This document shows, in pieces, positions 38,541 to 48,149 of a stretch of 64,000 bases of DNA; the stretch's first letter is position 1, and every line of letters begins with the position of its first letter. Under the pieces are notes generated by a model. It had not been told where the DNA came from and made no database searches. It saw only the letters and a program-made list of their open reading frames with translations. The position numbers were made by a program, and so were the translations under genes. Origin of the DNA: Alphaproteobacteria bacterium UBA6187 (lineage in GTDB: Bacteria; Pseudomonadota; Alphaproteobacteria; Rickettsiales; UBA6187); assembly GCA_002422795.1 (NCBI GenBank), contig DITJ01000004.1, forward strand, positions 31,329 to 95,328, in the 5' to 3' direction.

Positions 38541-39143
38541 ATGAAATTATCGGAAGAACAGATACTGAATGAATTTAGTAACGCAGAGGCTATATTAAAG
38601 GGACATTTCATCCTGTCTTCGGGGCTGCATAGTGATACTTATCTGCAATGCGCCAGGGTATTAATGGATACAAAACGTGCAGAAAAATTATGCAGCGAGC
38701 TTGCAAGGCAAGTTATTGATAAATTAGGTGTTGGCGCTATTGATATTGTTGCATCCCCGGCAATGGGCGGGGTTATAGTAGGTTATGAAATGGGCCGGCA
38801 GCTAAACAAGCCTTCAATATTTTGCGAGCGTGAAAATGGCGAGTTTGTGTTCCGCCGTGGTTTTTCTATAGAAAAAGGTATGAATGTGCTGGTGGTTGAG
38901 GATGTTGTAACTACAGGCAAATCATCACTTGAAGCTATTAATTGCATCAGGAATAGTGGTGGAAATGTAATTGCAGAGGCCTGCCTTGTTGATAGAAGCA
39001 ATGGTGCAGCGAATATTGGTATTCCGCTTTTTTCGCTTATTACGCTTGATGTAAAAACATATAACGAAAATAACCTTCCGCCTGAACTTCAGGCTATCCC
39101 CGGAATAAAGCCAGGCAGCAGATGGCTTGCTGCTGCGAAATAA
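38541..39143 (+). CDS. pyrE: orotate phosphoribosyltransferase
   Basis: PRPP-binding motif VLVVEDVVTTGKS and the N-terminal pattern GHFILSSGLHSDTYLQC. Confidence 0.9.
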   Translation: MKLSEEQILNEFSNAEAILKGHFILSSGLHSDTYLQCARVLMDTKRAEKLCSELARQVIDKLGVGAIDIVASPAMGGVIVGYEMGRQLNKPSIFCERENGEFVFRRGFSIEKGMNVLVVEDVVTTGKSSLEAINCIRNSGGNVIAEACLVDRSNGAANIGIPLFSLITLDVKTYNENNLPPELQAIPGIKPGSRWLAAAK

Positions 39144-39226
39144 TACCAAGTTGCATTCAAGAACGAGAACAAGAGGAGCGTAAGGCTCGTACTTCTCTTG
39201 CGTTTAACTTTCGAGTGACCATCATT

Positions 39227-39370
39227 AAAAGACCTCTGCATAACGGTATTTTTTGGTGATTTTGTATTTACGTTCATCCTCAAATCCTCATGTACGTTTA
39301 TGTACTTACGGTTCTGCGGACGGGCGTTCCTAGAGCTCACTCAAAAAATCCTCATTATACAGGTGTCTTT
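39227..39370. mobile_element. MITE-like element (TIR AAAGACCTCTGCATAACGGTATTTTTTGG)
   Basis: The left end aaagacctctgcataacggtattttttggtga resembles the reverse complement of the right end actcaaaaaatcctcattatacaggtgtcttt. A 12-nt TIR fragment (ttatgcagaggt) recurs at about 39533. Confidence 0.55.
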
Positions 39371-39657
39371 CATAAAAAAGCCGCCCCAATCTAATGGCCT
39401 ACCTAGCCTAACCAGCTGATTTTACTTGCCAAGATGTGCCGATAATCCAATCTTAAAAAACTCACCATAATTAAAACCACTCAAATTTTCCAATCACTGA
39501 ATTATAGCAATTCTATGGGAATTTTAAAGTGTTATGCAGAGGTATCTGCTGCACTATCTCCTATTGTGTCCTTTAAGATGATAAAATAATTTTAAGATAG
39601 TGAAGTAATTTATATTTTATAGTATAATGAATCTATATTTTTAATAACTGGTACAAA

Positions 39658-41580
39658 ATGTGTAAGTGCTTTAACAAATATTTTGGATACCTGAAAAAAC
39701 AACAAGGCTTCAGCCTGATAGAGCTATCTGTTGTGATTAGTGTTGCAGCAGCTGCAACGGTTGGTGTCCTTTCCTGGACGCAACCAACAATAAGTACGAA
39801 TTCCACTAAAGCTATAGAAACCCGACATAAAATGCAGGAAGTGCAAAAGTCCATTGAAGCATTCAGAGTAAGAACAAAGCGCCTGCCTTGCCCTGCAGAC
39901 CCATTAATGCGTAGTGATAGCACGCGCTCTTCTATAGGTACTGATTACATAACCCCAACAGCTACCAGCCACGATTATTATATAAATAACTTCGGCATGG
40001 AAGATTTAGATACCACACAAAGCTCGGTAAATGGTGTTGATACACGCGGGGTTGATTGCCCTGTATCAGTCGGGGCAATACCGGTATTTTCACTCGGCCT
40101 GGATGAATCGTATATGCATGATGCCTGGGGAAGAAGGATGACTTATCATGTTGCCCCTACATTATGCGGGGCAGATACAGGAGTGCCAGGCTCCCCAACA
40201 GCTACAGACATAAGCATAAGCCAATCTATTGGATGCACTGATAATGACTATAAAAACAAAACAGGCAATATAACCGTAACCAACGGCAGCACGACCCTTA
40301 CAACTTCTTCTGCTTTTGTTCTTGTAAGCCACGGTGCGAACGGCGCTGGGGCATTTCTACCAAGCGGCACTAAGCTTGCTGCAAGCGGTAATGCTAATGA
40401 AGCAGAAAACAGTAATGGTGATACTACATACATAAAAGCTGACCAAAACGCAACTTTTGACGATATTGTGATATTTGCAACGCGCAATCAGATTGAAAGC
40501 CAGGTTAATCGCAAAAATATAAAAAATATTAGCGTTACAGATTGTGAAACAAATTCACAGGTGCTAAAAAATATCACCCTTACAGAGGCCGCGGCAATGA
40601 CGTCCGTTAATAGCTATACTCAACATAGCGGAGCAAAGAACACCGGCGACCAGATATTGCTAGGAATATTAAAAAACACCCAGAATATTTGCATTTCTTA
40701 TTATGGAGCAAGCGCTGCAACTATCAACGGAAAAACCTGGAGTGGCGCACAATGCCCTGGAAACAACAATCCTGGCAGTAATGGCTCAACTTATCTTACA
40801 ACAGATGGCTCATGTTTGTGCGATAGCGGTTTATGGGATGGCAACTGCACAACAACTTTTACACCAAAAAGCATTAGTGGGTTACAATTATGGATCGATG
40901 CAAACGATTCTACAACATTATTTACTGATCTGGCTTGTATGGACGGATCGCCTGCAAATAATGCATCTATAAAGTGCTGGAAAGATAAAAGTGGTAATAC
41001 TAATAACGCTATAGGTATCAATGCACCAATCTACAAAACAAATAGCATGAACGGAAAGGCGATAATAAGGTTTGATGGCCAGAATCTACTTGTAGGAACT
41101 TCACTTCTAAATTCTATAAATACAGGTAATGTTACAGTTTTTATTGTTGCAAAAAACAGCGATATAGGCAACTCAGTCCTTGTTGGAGTGCCTGATATTT
41201 CTGAGGTTAGATTTAATATTCATTTGCCATGGAGTGATGAAAATATCTATTGGGATTTTGGTTATATGGTTGGAGGAGGAGGAGGAAGAATCTTTAATTA
41301 CTGGGGAGGCTATGAAGGAACAACTTATGTATGGACATTTAATGCTGCTTATGGATCAGGAGTTGGATCTCAGAATATATGGCGCAATGGCACAAGAATC
41401 CAATCAAACACAACATCAAAAAACCCTTCTTATGGGACAACCTATGGCTTAAGTTTAGGTGGCAAAACAGGCGCCTATTTTTCAGGTGATCTTGCTGAAA
41501 TTACTATCTACAACACAGCACTTTCCGATACTGAAAGGCAAAACATTGAAACATACCTTAAGACCAAATGGGGAATCTAA
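39658..41580 (+). CDS. prepilin-type (GspG/type IV pilin-like) protein fused to one LamG-like module
   Basis: Class III signal QQG|FSLIELSVV with Glu at +5. GspG-like core (GAIPVFSLGLDESYMHDAWGRRMTYHV, FVLVSHGANGAGAF, FDDIVIFA). C-terminal LamG-like module (LQLWIDANDSTTLFT, IKCWKDKSGN, GDLAEITIYNTALSDTERQNIETYLKTKWGI). Confidence 0.7.
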   Translation: MCKCFNKYFGYLKKQQGFSLIELSVVISVAAAATVGVLSWTQPTISTNSTKAIETRHKMQEVQKSIEAFRVRTKRLPCPADPLMRSDSTRSSIGTDYITPTATSHDYYINNFGMEDLDTTQSSVNGVDTRGVDCPVSVGAIPVFSLGLDESYMHDAWGRRMTYHVAPTLCGADTGVPGSPTATDISISQSIGCTDNDYKNKTGNITVTNGSTTLTTSSAFVLVSHGANGAGAFLPSGTKLAASGNANEAENSNGDTTYIKADQNATFDDIVIFATRNQIESQVNRKNIKNISVTDCETNSQVLKNITLTEAAAMTSVNSYTQHSGAKNTGDQILLGILKNTQNICISYYGASAATINGKTWSGAQCPGNNNPGSNGSTYLTTDGSCLCDSGLWDGNCTTTFTPKSISGLQLWIDANDSTTLFTDLACMDGSPANNASIKCWKDKSGNTNNAIGINAPIYKTNSMNGKAIIRFDGQNLLVGTSLLNSINTGNVTVFIVAKNSDIGNSVLVGVPDISEVRFNIHLPWSDENIYWDFGYMVGGGGGRIFNYWGGYEGTTYVWTFNAAYGSGVGSQNIWRNGTRIQSNTTSKNPSYGTTYGLSLGGKTGAYFSGDLAEITIYNTALSDTERQNIETYLKTKWGI

Positions 41581-41602
41581 TAAACATAACATTAAAATAA
41601 TT

Positions 41603-44600
41603 ATGAAAGTTTTTTTAAGAAAGATTTACTCGTTATTCAAGGAAAGGGGTGGTTACACTCTTACCGAACTTTCTATATCTACCAGTATTATTGCGATGCT
41701 GGCAGTTGGCGGCCTGGCCGTTTTGCAGAAAAAAAATGATTCCGATAAATATAAGGAAACTTATACAAAAATTGCCGTGATAGATAATGCTGTTAAAAGT
41801 TTTATAATTGCTAAAAATTATGTACCATGTCCTGCATTTCCTTCAACTCTTGAAAATTCAACGACTTTTGGAAAGTCAGTTTCTTATGATGCAACTAATA
41901 AAATATGTAATGGCAGTGATCTTGCTGATCAAACTGGCATAGTGCCGGTAAGAACACTTGGCCTTACTGATGACTATTCTTATGATGGCTGGGGGCGTAA
42001 ATTTATGTTCCGCTCAGCATCAGGATCAGGATCTGCTACAGATTTTATCGCACCTAATTTTAGGGGAAATATTGCTATAGTCGATCTGAAAGGGGTTCAT
42101 AAAACTACCATAACCGATCCCCATCCATATAACGACGGCGCTATATATGTAATTATCAGCTATGGTGCAAATGGTAAGAATGTTGCTTATCGCAAGAATA
42201 ACGATACAGAGCCGCCATCGGCAGCTTCAGGTATTGAAGCAAAAAATACATCGCACAAAGAAAATGTATATGTACAAAATGAAAAAACCTCAGCATTTGA
42301 TGATATCGTATTATTCGGCACAAATGCAAGGCTACATAACCAGAAAATTACAGAATCTCCTATAAAAATTCCAGATATAACCTGCGATACTGCACAACAG
42401 ATTGTATCAGGCGGACGTAGCGCGACCACACTTAATAACTATGCAACAAGCAATAGTAATGCTTATGTGTCCCATGCTGATATTATTTATAAATCCTCTA
42501 CAATTCTTGCGGATTTATGCAAAAATAGAAAAAACACCGAAACTATAAAGCCTGACCGTATTAATGGATTGAAATTGTGGCTTGATGCTGGTGATGCCGC
42601 AACATTATTTACCAATAGCAATTGCACAGCAGGCGGAGTTCCCGCAAATAATGCATCTATATCATGCTGGAAAGATAAAAGCGGCAATGCTTATAATGCT
42701 ATAGCAGGTAATGCCCCAACTTACAGTGTAAATGCTATCAACGGCAAAGCTGTTTTATCATTTAACGGCACATCCAATTATTTGGACAACAGCACCTTTG
42801 CACTATCAACCACAGCAAGTATTTTTGCAGTTGCGTCCCCTGGAGCAGGTTCTGGCTTTAAAAGGATTATAAGTAATCACGCTAACTTTTATTTAGGTGC
42901 AGGTAATGCAACTAATTATTTTAGTAGCTTCTATGGTAATGGCTCTAGCTGGGGCACAACGGCAGATCATGGCGCAACCGGACTTCTGGATACTGGAAAA
43001 TACTATATACTAACTTCAATAAAGGATGCTACATATGACAGTCCTTACATAAATGGTTCAGCATTGGCAGCAAGGATAAATGCCATGAGCGCATTTTCTG
43101 ATGGATACAGGGTTGGCGCAAACAATGACACGCTAAATGATTTCTGGGACGGCAATATCGGGGAAATATTAATATATAATACCAATCTCTCGGAATCCAA
43201 CCGGCAAAAAGTTGGGGAATATTTAAGCAATAAATGGGCTATTCCACTCAATGCCGCTACAAAAACATGCGATACCGGAATGACCTTCCAAAGAACATCT
43301 TCAGATCCAGCAGGAAGCTGCAAATGCCCTCCCGGGCAACAATTTGTTGCTGACTTGAAAACAAACAACGCATGTTTTTCAACCGAAGCAAACACGCACT
43401 TTAGCAAATGTGTTAGTGTTAATTCATCACCAACATATAGCTCGCCACCTTCAACAAATAACATGGTCTTATGGCTTGATGCCAATGATTGCACTAAAGT
43501 TACACTTTCCGGCAGTGGAACAATTCCTCATGTAACTGGCTGGATGGATAAAAGCCCACTGGGTAATCATGCTACGCAAACAACATTAGCAAACATGCCT
43601 ACATATTTAAAAAATACTGTTAATGGAAAAGCGGTTATTCATTTCGATGGCAGCAGTTCTTACCTAGGCAACACAACCCTTGCGCTTCCAACCACAGCAA
43701 GTATTTTTGCGGTTGCTTCCACCGGTTCGGCAACCGGGAATAAAAGAATTATAAATAATGAAGTTAATTTCAATTTAAGTGCAGGCGCTACAACAACTAA
43801 TTATTTTGCTAGCTTTTATGGTAATAACTCCACTTGGGGATTTGAATCAGATCATGGTGCAGCTGGAATTATGAGTTCGGGAGCATACTATATACTAACT
43901 TCGGTAAATAGTGGAAGTGATAATGCCTATATAAATGGCACTGCGTTACCGGTAAGGACAAACGCTATGAGCGCCTTTTCTAATGGATACAGGGTCGGCG
44001 CACACCAGGCTGCCGTATCGGAATTATGGGATGGCAATATAGGGGAAATAATAATATATAACACCGCCATCACCAACCAGGAGCGTAGCAATATAGAAAA
44101 ATATCTTTCTTTTAAATGGGGCGTTCCATTACTACCTACCGATATAGAAAAAATTAATTTTGCCGATGCAAAGGGAGCAAGCCTTACATTATGGCTTGAT
44201 GCATCAGATACCACAACATTATTCACAGATGAGAATTGCGTAAATAAGGCATACGCATCCGATTTAATAGGCTGCTGGAAAGATAAAAGTGGCAATAACT
44301 ACCATGCAAAACAGGTGGAGAACAGAGCCAGGCCAGCTTACTCATTTGGCACGCAGACATCCCAACTTGGAACTACAATAATTTCCAACCCAACCCTTTT
44401 ATTCAATGGCACGAGTGATTACATGGATAATGCAAATTTAGCACTGCCTGCAAAAGTAAGTATTTTTGCTGTTGCAGCGCAAGGTGCTGCTCATGCCGAT
44501 ATCAAGCGTATTATAAGCAACCATCTTAATTTCCTTATAGGTGTTACGACAGCTAGCAAATTCATGACTAGGTATAGTAATGGCAGTAACTGGGCAGGTA

Positions 44601-44896
44601 GTAATATTGTCGACGCAGTATTAGATGATTACACATATTACGTACTTACTTCAATAAATGATGGCACGAATAATAATGCGGACGTAAATGGCGGAACATC
44701 TAACACAGATGCAAATGCCATGGCTGCTTTTTCTGATGGATATAGAATTGGTGCAAACGCTGCCGCAATAAATGAATTATGGGATGGAAATATAGGAGAA
44801 ATAATAATTTATAACACTAACCTATCTGCATCAAATAGAATTGCTGTTCAGCGCTACCTTGCTAATAAATGGGGAGTGGCAATTACAGTACCTTAA
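41603..44896 (+). CDS. prepilin-type (GspG/type IV pilin-like) protein fused to three LamG-like modules
   Basis: Start moved to ATG 41603 because the track start 41459 overlaps the upstream gene. Signal ERGG|YTLTELSIS with Glu at +5. Core GIVPVRTLGLTDDYSYDGWGRKFMF, IYVIISYGANGKN, FDDIVLFG. Three modules each run from LWLDAxD..CWKDKSGN to GNIGEIxIYNT...KWG(I/V). Confidence 0.7.
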   Translation: MKVFLRKIYSLFKERGGYTLTELSISTSIIAMLAVGGLAVLQKKNDSDKYKETYTKIAVIDNAVKSFIIAKNYVPCPAFPSTLENSTTFGKSVSYDATNKICNGSDLADQTGIVPVRTLGLTDDYSYDGWGRKFMFRSASGSGSATDFIAPNFRGNIAIVDLKGVHKTTITDPHPYNDGAIYVIISYGANGKNVAYRKNNDTEPPSAASGIEAKNTSHKENVYVQNEKTSAFDDIVLFGTNARLHNQKITESPIKIPDITCDTAQQIVSGGRSATTLNNYATSNSNAYVSHADIIYKSSTILADLCKNRKNTETIKPDRINGLKLWLDAGDAATLFTNSNCTAGGVPANNASISCWKDKSGNAYNAIAGNAPTYSVNAINGKAVLSFNGTSNYLDNSTFALSTTASIFAVASPGAGSGFKRIISNHANFYLGAGNATNYFSSFYGNGSSWGTTADHGATGLLDTGKYYILTSIKDATYDSPYINGSALAARINAMSAFSDGYRVGANNDTLNDFWDGNIGEILIYNTNLSESNRQKVGEYLSNKWAIPLNAATKTCDTGMTFQRTSSDPAGSCKCPPGQQFVADLKTNNACFSTEANTHFSKCVSVNSSPTYSSPPSTNNMVLWLDANDCTKVTLSGSGTIPHVTGWMDKSPLGNHATQTTLANMPTYLKNTVNGKAVIHFDGSSSYLGNTTLALPTTASIFAVASTGSATGNKRIINNEVNFNLSAGATTTNYFASFYGNNSTWGFESDHGAAGIMSSGAYYILTSVNSGSDNAYINGTALPVRTNAMSAFSNGYRVGAHQAAVSELWDGNIGEIIIYNTAITNQERSNIEKYLSFKWGVPLLPTDIEKINFADAKGASLTLWLDASDTTTLFTDENCVNKAYASDLIGCWKDKSGNNYHAKQVENRARPAYSFGTQTSQLGTTIISNPTLLFNGTSDYMDNANLALPAKVSIFAVAAQGAAHADIKRIISNHLNFLIGVTTASKFMTRYSNGSNWAGSNIVDAVLDDYTYYVLTSINDGTNNNADVNGGTSNTDANAMAAFSDGYRIGANAAAINELWDGNIGEIIIYNTNLSASNRIAVQRYLANKWGVAITVP

Positions 44897-44903
44897 GCCA
44901 ATT

Positions 44904-45716
44904 TTAAAACATCCTGTCATGCTCTAAACTCGGCATTTGCTGCCTTACCCTGCTTACTTCATCAATGTTAATTTCGGCCATAATTATTCCGGTATCAGTT
45001 CCGCCATCGGCAAGAATTTTTCCCCATGGGTCGATTATAAGTGAATGGCCGAATGTTTTGCGCCCGGAAGGATGCTGCCCGGTCTGTGCCGGGGCGATTA
45101 TATAACTGCCTGTTTCAATAGCACGAGCGCGCAGCAATACATGCCAGTGCGCCTCCCCGGTAAAGTTGGTAAAGGCCGCAGGGACTGTAATGAATTTTGC
45201 GCCATCCTTGGCTAATTTCCTGAATAAATGCGCAAATCGCACATCATAACAAATGGTCATGCCCATTTTTCCCCATGCGGTTTCGGGAGTAACGGCTTTA
45301 TCTCCTGCTATAAACCTATCGGATTCTTTATGCGTTTCACCTCCTGTGATGCTGCTATCGAATAAATGGATTTTATCGTAATGGGCGACGACCAAACCTT
45401 CTGGATTTATAAGGTAACAGCGGTTAGCAAGCTTCTTTTCACCTTCAAGCTTTATCGCCAGTGAGCCTATTAACAACCATTTTCTATATTGCTTTGCCAC
45501 TTTGGAAAAAGCAAGTAACGCCGGATGTTCATTTCCAAACCAGCTATTAGCAAATAATTCTTCCGGGGCTGCCGACATAAACGCCGCATTTTCAGGCAGA
45601 GCGATAAAATCCGCACCACGGCTTGCTGCTTCCCGGATAAAACCGCTTGCGGTTTTAATGTTTATATCCATGTTATTGGTGGTATTTAGCTGGATACATG
45701 CGGCAGTGAATTTCAT
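44904..45716 (-). CDS. carbon-nitrogen hydrolase (nitrilase superfamily / omega-amidase-like)
   Basis: The catalytic E-K-C triad is in context: ALPENA, YDKIHLFD, MTICYDVRF. Confidence 0.85.
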   Translation of the reverse strand: MKFTAACIQLNTTNNMDINIKTASGFIREAASRGADFIALPENAAFMSAAPEELFANSWFGNEHPALLAFSKVAKQYRKWLLIGSLAIKLEGEKKLANRCYLINPEGLVVAHYDKIHLFDSSITGGETHKESDRFIAGDKAVTPETAWGKMGMTICYDVRFAHLFRKLAKDGAKFITVPAAFTNFTGEAHWHVLLRARAIETGSYIIAPAQTGQHPSGRKTFGHSLIIDPWGKILADGGTDTGIIMAEINIDEVSRVRQQMPSLEHDRMF

Positions 45717-45722
45717 AAGGAT

Positions 45723-45858
45723 AGAATGTTAGAGTGTAAGAATGTAAGAATGTAAGAGCATTAGAATCGCAACGCAATCTTTTTGTGTTTCGATAAAATA
45801 AGGTAGTGCAGTAAGTATATATTTTTTACGCTCTTACATTCTAACACTCTTACATTCT
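45723..45858. repeat. repeat-arm hairpin, GTAAGAAT (8-nt) family
   Basis: agaatgttagagtgtaagaatgtaagaatgtaagagc faces gctcttacattctaacactcttacattct, with a 70-nt loop. It fills the comF / C-N hydrolase spacer. Confidence 0.8.
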
Positions 45859-45867
45859 CATGCTCTT

Positions 45868-46599
45868 TTAATAAAGCGTTTTCGCCAATGTCAGCACCTC
45901 AACTTTCGCAACTTTGGCTTTACGCAATATTTTTGCGCATTCATCGGCGGTTGCCCCGGTTGTAATTACATCATCAATGAGGAGTATTTTCTTATCCTTT
46001 AATATGGAGGCATATTTAGGATTAACCTTAAACGCACCGCTGATATTTTTAAAACGTATTTTGCGGTTAAGGCCAGCCTGTTTTTTGGTATATTTCTTAC
46101 GGATAAGCGCATTAACAAGCACCTTACGCCCTGCAATTTTTGCAACCCCTAAAGCGAGTAGGCCAGCCTGGTTATATTTTCGCAAAAGCAATTTGCCAAA
46201 ATGAATCGGTACGGGAATTATATAATCGGCATCATGGAGCATTTCCGCTCCTGCCCTTGCCATCCAGCGCGCATAAGGGGCGCGGTTTTCGATTCTGTCG
46301 TTATATTTAAAGGATGTTATTAACTTACTGCTTGCATCATCATATAAAAAAACCGCCCGCGCTTTGGAAAAATGCGGCTCTTCCTGGATACACCCGGCGC
46401 ATAATGTGGCCTCAGTTTCCATTTCAAACGGAAAACCGCATATGCGGCATTGCGGGTCGCTGATGAAGTTTATATCATCCCAGCATTTGCCGCAGATATT
46501 GCCATGTTCGGTGATGCTGCTGCCGCAGGATATGCAGCGCGGTGGATATATTAAATCCAGTAACTTAACCGCAGCAGGTTTTATTTTTGTTTTGAGCAT
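45868..46599 (-). CDS. comF: ComF family protein (phosphoribosyltransferase-like)
   Basis: N-terminal Cys clusters (CISCGS..CGKCW, CRICGFPF..CAGC) and C-terminal PRTase motif ILLIDDVITTGAT. Confidence 0.8.
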   Translation of the reverse strand: MLKTKIKPAAVKLLDLIYPPRCISCGSSITEHGNICGKCWDDINFISDPQCRICGFPFEMETEATLCAGCIQEEPHFSKARAVFLYDDASSKLITSFKYNDRIENRAPYARWMARAGAEMLHDADYIIPVPIHFGKLLLRKYNQAGLLALGVAKIAGRKVLVNALIRKKYTKKQAGLNRKIRFKNISGAFKVNPKYASILKDKKILLIDDVITTGATADECAKILRKAKVAKVEVLTLAKTLY

Positions 46600-46620
46600 G
46601 GGCTGTATTTCTGGGAATTA

Positions 46621-46769
46621 TAGTAATTTAACTTAAAAATTGCCCATTTCGTCATGACCCGAGTTTGCGCTTGCAAACTATAGGGTCATCCATCTTAAAG
46701 CTGGATTCCCCTATAGTTTTTGAAGAAAAAACTCGGGGAATGACGGGGCATTCTTAAGTTAAATTACTA
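46621..46769. mobile_element. palindromic MITE-like element with ~45-bp TIRs
   Basis: tagtaatttaacttaaaaattgcccatttcgtcatgacccgagtt faces aactcggggaatgacggggcattcttaagttaaattacta. Confidence 0.75.
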
Positions 46770-46824
46770 TAAATTCTGGAATGACAATGCAAATATTTCT
46801 ATAAAATAAGGTGTTACTTGCGGC

Positions 46825-47526
46825 CTATAAAGGCACAGCCTGCCTTCTTCTTCTATCTGGTTTTACGCGCCTTGGTTTATTTGCATCTTCTGAAACGCGG
46901 GAGCGGATGTAATCTTCAATATGTGAATTAAGGTCATCCATGTGAGAGCGGTAGAAATGGTCAGCACCAAGAATGATGCGATAGTCAATTCCGGCATTCC
47001 TTTGTTTACCAAGTTTTTCAGAAAGGCGGCTCACATTATCCACAGAAACCACGCTATCCTGGTCGCCTTGCAGGATTAAACCATGTGCAGGGCAAGGAGA
47101 TAGGAAGTTAAAGTCAAAATTACCAACAGGAGGGGAAACAGCTATGAAGCCATCTATTTCCGGGCGGCGCATTAATAACTGCATACCAATCCATGAGCCG
47201 AAAGAAAACCCGCCCATCCAGTAAGATGAAGCGTTCGGGTTCTGGATTTGCAGCCAATCTAGCACTGAAGCGGCATCAGAAAGCTCGCCTATGCCATCGT
47301 CATATTTACCCTGGGAGCGGCCAACGCCACGAAAATTAAAGCGCACAACAGAAAAGCCGTTACGTGCAAAGGCATGATAAAGGTTGTATGCAACTTTATT
47401 ATTCATGGTGCCACCATGAAGCGGATGCGGGTGCAATATGATTGCAGCAGGGGCATTTTTTTTGTCACTATGGTGATAACGGGCTTCAATCCTGCCCTCG
47501 GGGCCGCTTATGATTATTTCAGGCAT
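46825..47526 (-). CDS. alpha/beta hydrolase fold protein
   Basis: HPHPLHGGTMNNKV and the nucleophile-elbow-like motif GGFSFGS, with a basic C-terminal tail. Confidence 0.7.
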   Translation of the reverse strand: MPEIIISGPEGRIEARYHHSDKKNAPAAIILHPHPLHGGTMNNKVAYNLYHAFARNGFSVVRFNFRGVGRSQGKYDDGIGELSDAASVLDWLQIQNPNASSYWMGGFSFGSWIGMQLLMRRPEIDGFIAVSPPVGNFDFNFLSPCPAHGLILQGDQDSVVSVDNVSRLSEKLGKQRNAGIDYRIILGADHFYRSHMDDLNSHIEDYIRSRVSEDANKPRRVKPDRRRRQAVPL

Positions 47527-47546
47527 TGCTGTTCTGTTCCCTTAAA

Positions 47547-47579
47547 ATACTTGACTATTTTGCTAGGATATTATATATA
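47547..47579 (+). promoter_or_regulatory. candidate IscR type-1 operator overlapping a sigma70-like promoter
   Basis: atacttgactattttgctaggatat (47547..47571) matches 21 of 25 positions of ATASYYGACTRWWWYAGTCRRSTAT. TTGACT at 47551 and TATATA at 47574 are 17 nt apart. Confidence 0.5.
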
Positions 47580-47687
47580 AAAGCGCTATAATACCTAGAT
47601 AACTGAAAAAGCTGTGTTTTTATTAAAGCAAAACACATAAAAAAGCAAGGTTAAACTTACTTTAGGTAGGCAGAGCGGGGAAATGGC

Positions 47688-48149
47688 GTGAACCTTACAA
47701 CAAAAGGCAGATATGCGGTGATGGCGATGGTGGATATTGCCATGCAAGGTGGTAATAGGCCTGTAACGCTTTCTGAAATTTCCACCCGTCAGGATATAGC
47801 TGTTAGCTACCTTGAGCAGATTTTTATGAAACTACGTAAAAATGGCCTGGTGGCCTCGGTGCGTGGCCCGGGCGGTGGATATATTCTACCGGTTAATGCA
47901 ATGGAAATAAAAATATCGGATATAGTTACGGCTGTTGATGAATCAATAAAAATGACCAGATGCACGGATAAAGGCGCTAAAGGTTGCATGGATAAAGGTG
48001 CAAAATGCATCACACATAATCTTTGGGAAGGGCTTGGGCGTCGTATTTTTGATTATTTAAGCTCTGTTTCCCTGGCGGATATATGCAAAGATAAGCAAAA
48101 TGTTGTTTTTGCGCATGAAGAGCCAAGGGGTGTTCATGCTAAAAGATAG
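47688..48149 (+). CDS. iscR: Rrf2 family transcriptional regulator (IscR)
   Basis: GTG start. Rrf2 wHTH (LTTKGRYAVMAMVDIA...ISYLEQIFMKLRKNGLV) and a Cys cluster (RCTDKGAKGCMDKGAKCITH). Confidence 0.85.
   Translation: MNLTTKGRYAVMAMVDIAMQGGNRPVTLSEISTRQDIAVSYLEQIFMKLRKNGLVASVRGPGGGYILPVNAMEIKISDIVTAVDESIKMTRCTDKGAKGCMDKGAKCITHNLWEGLGRRIFDYLSSVSLADICKDKQNVVFAHEEPRGVHAKR

Noticed and set aside
41459-41602. The N-terminal 48 codons of the track ORF 41459..44896.
   Set aside because: They overlap the end of the upstream pilin-LamG gene in another frame. The prepilin signal (MKVFLRKIYSLFKERGG|YTLTELS) begins at ATG 41603, 22 nt after the upstream stop.
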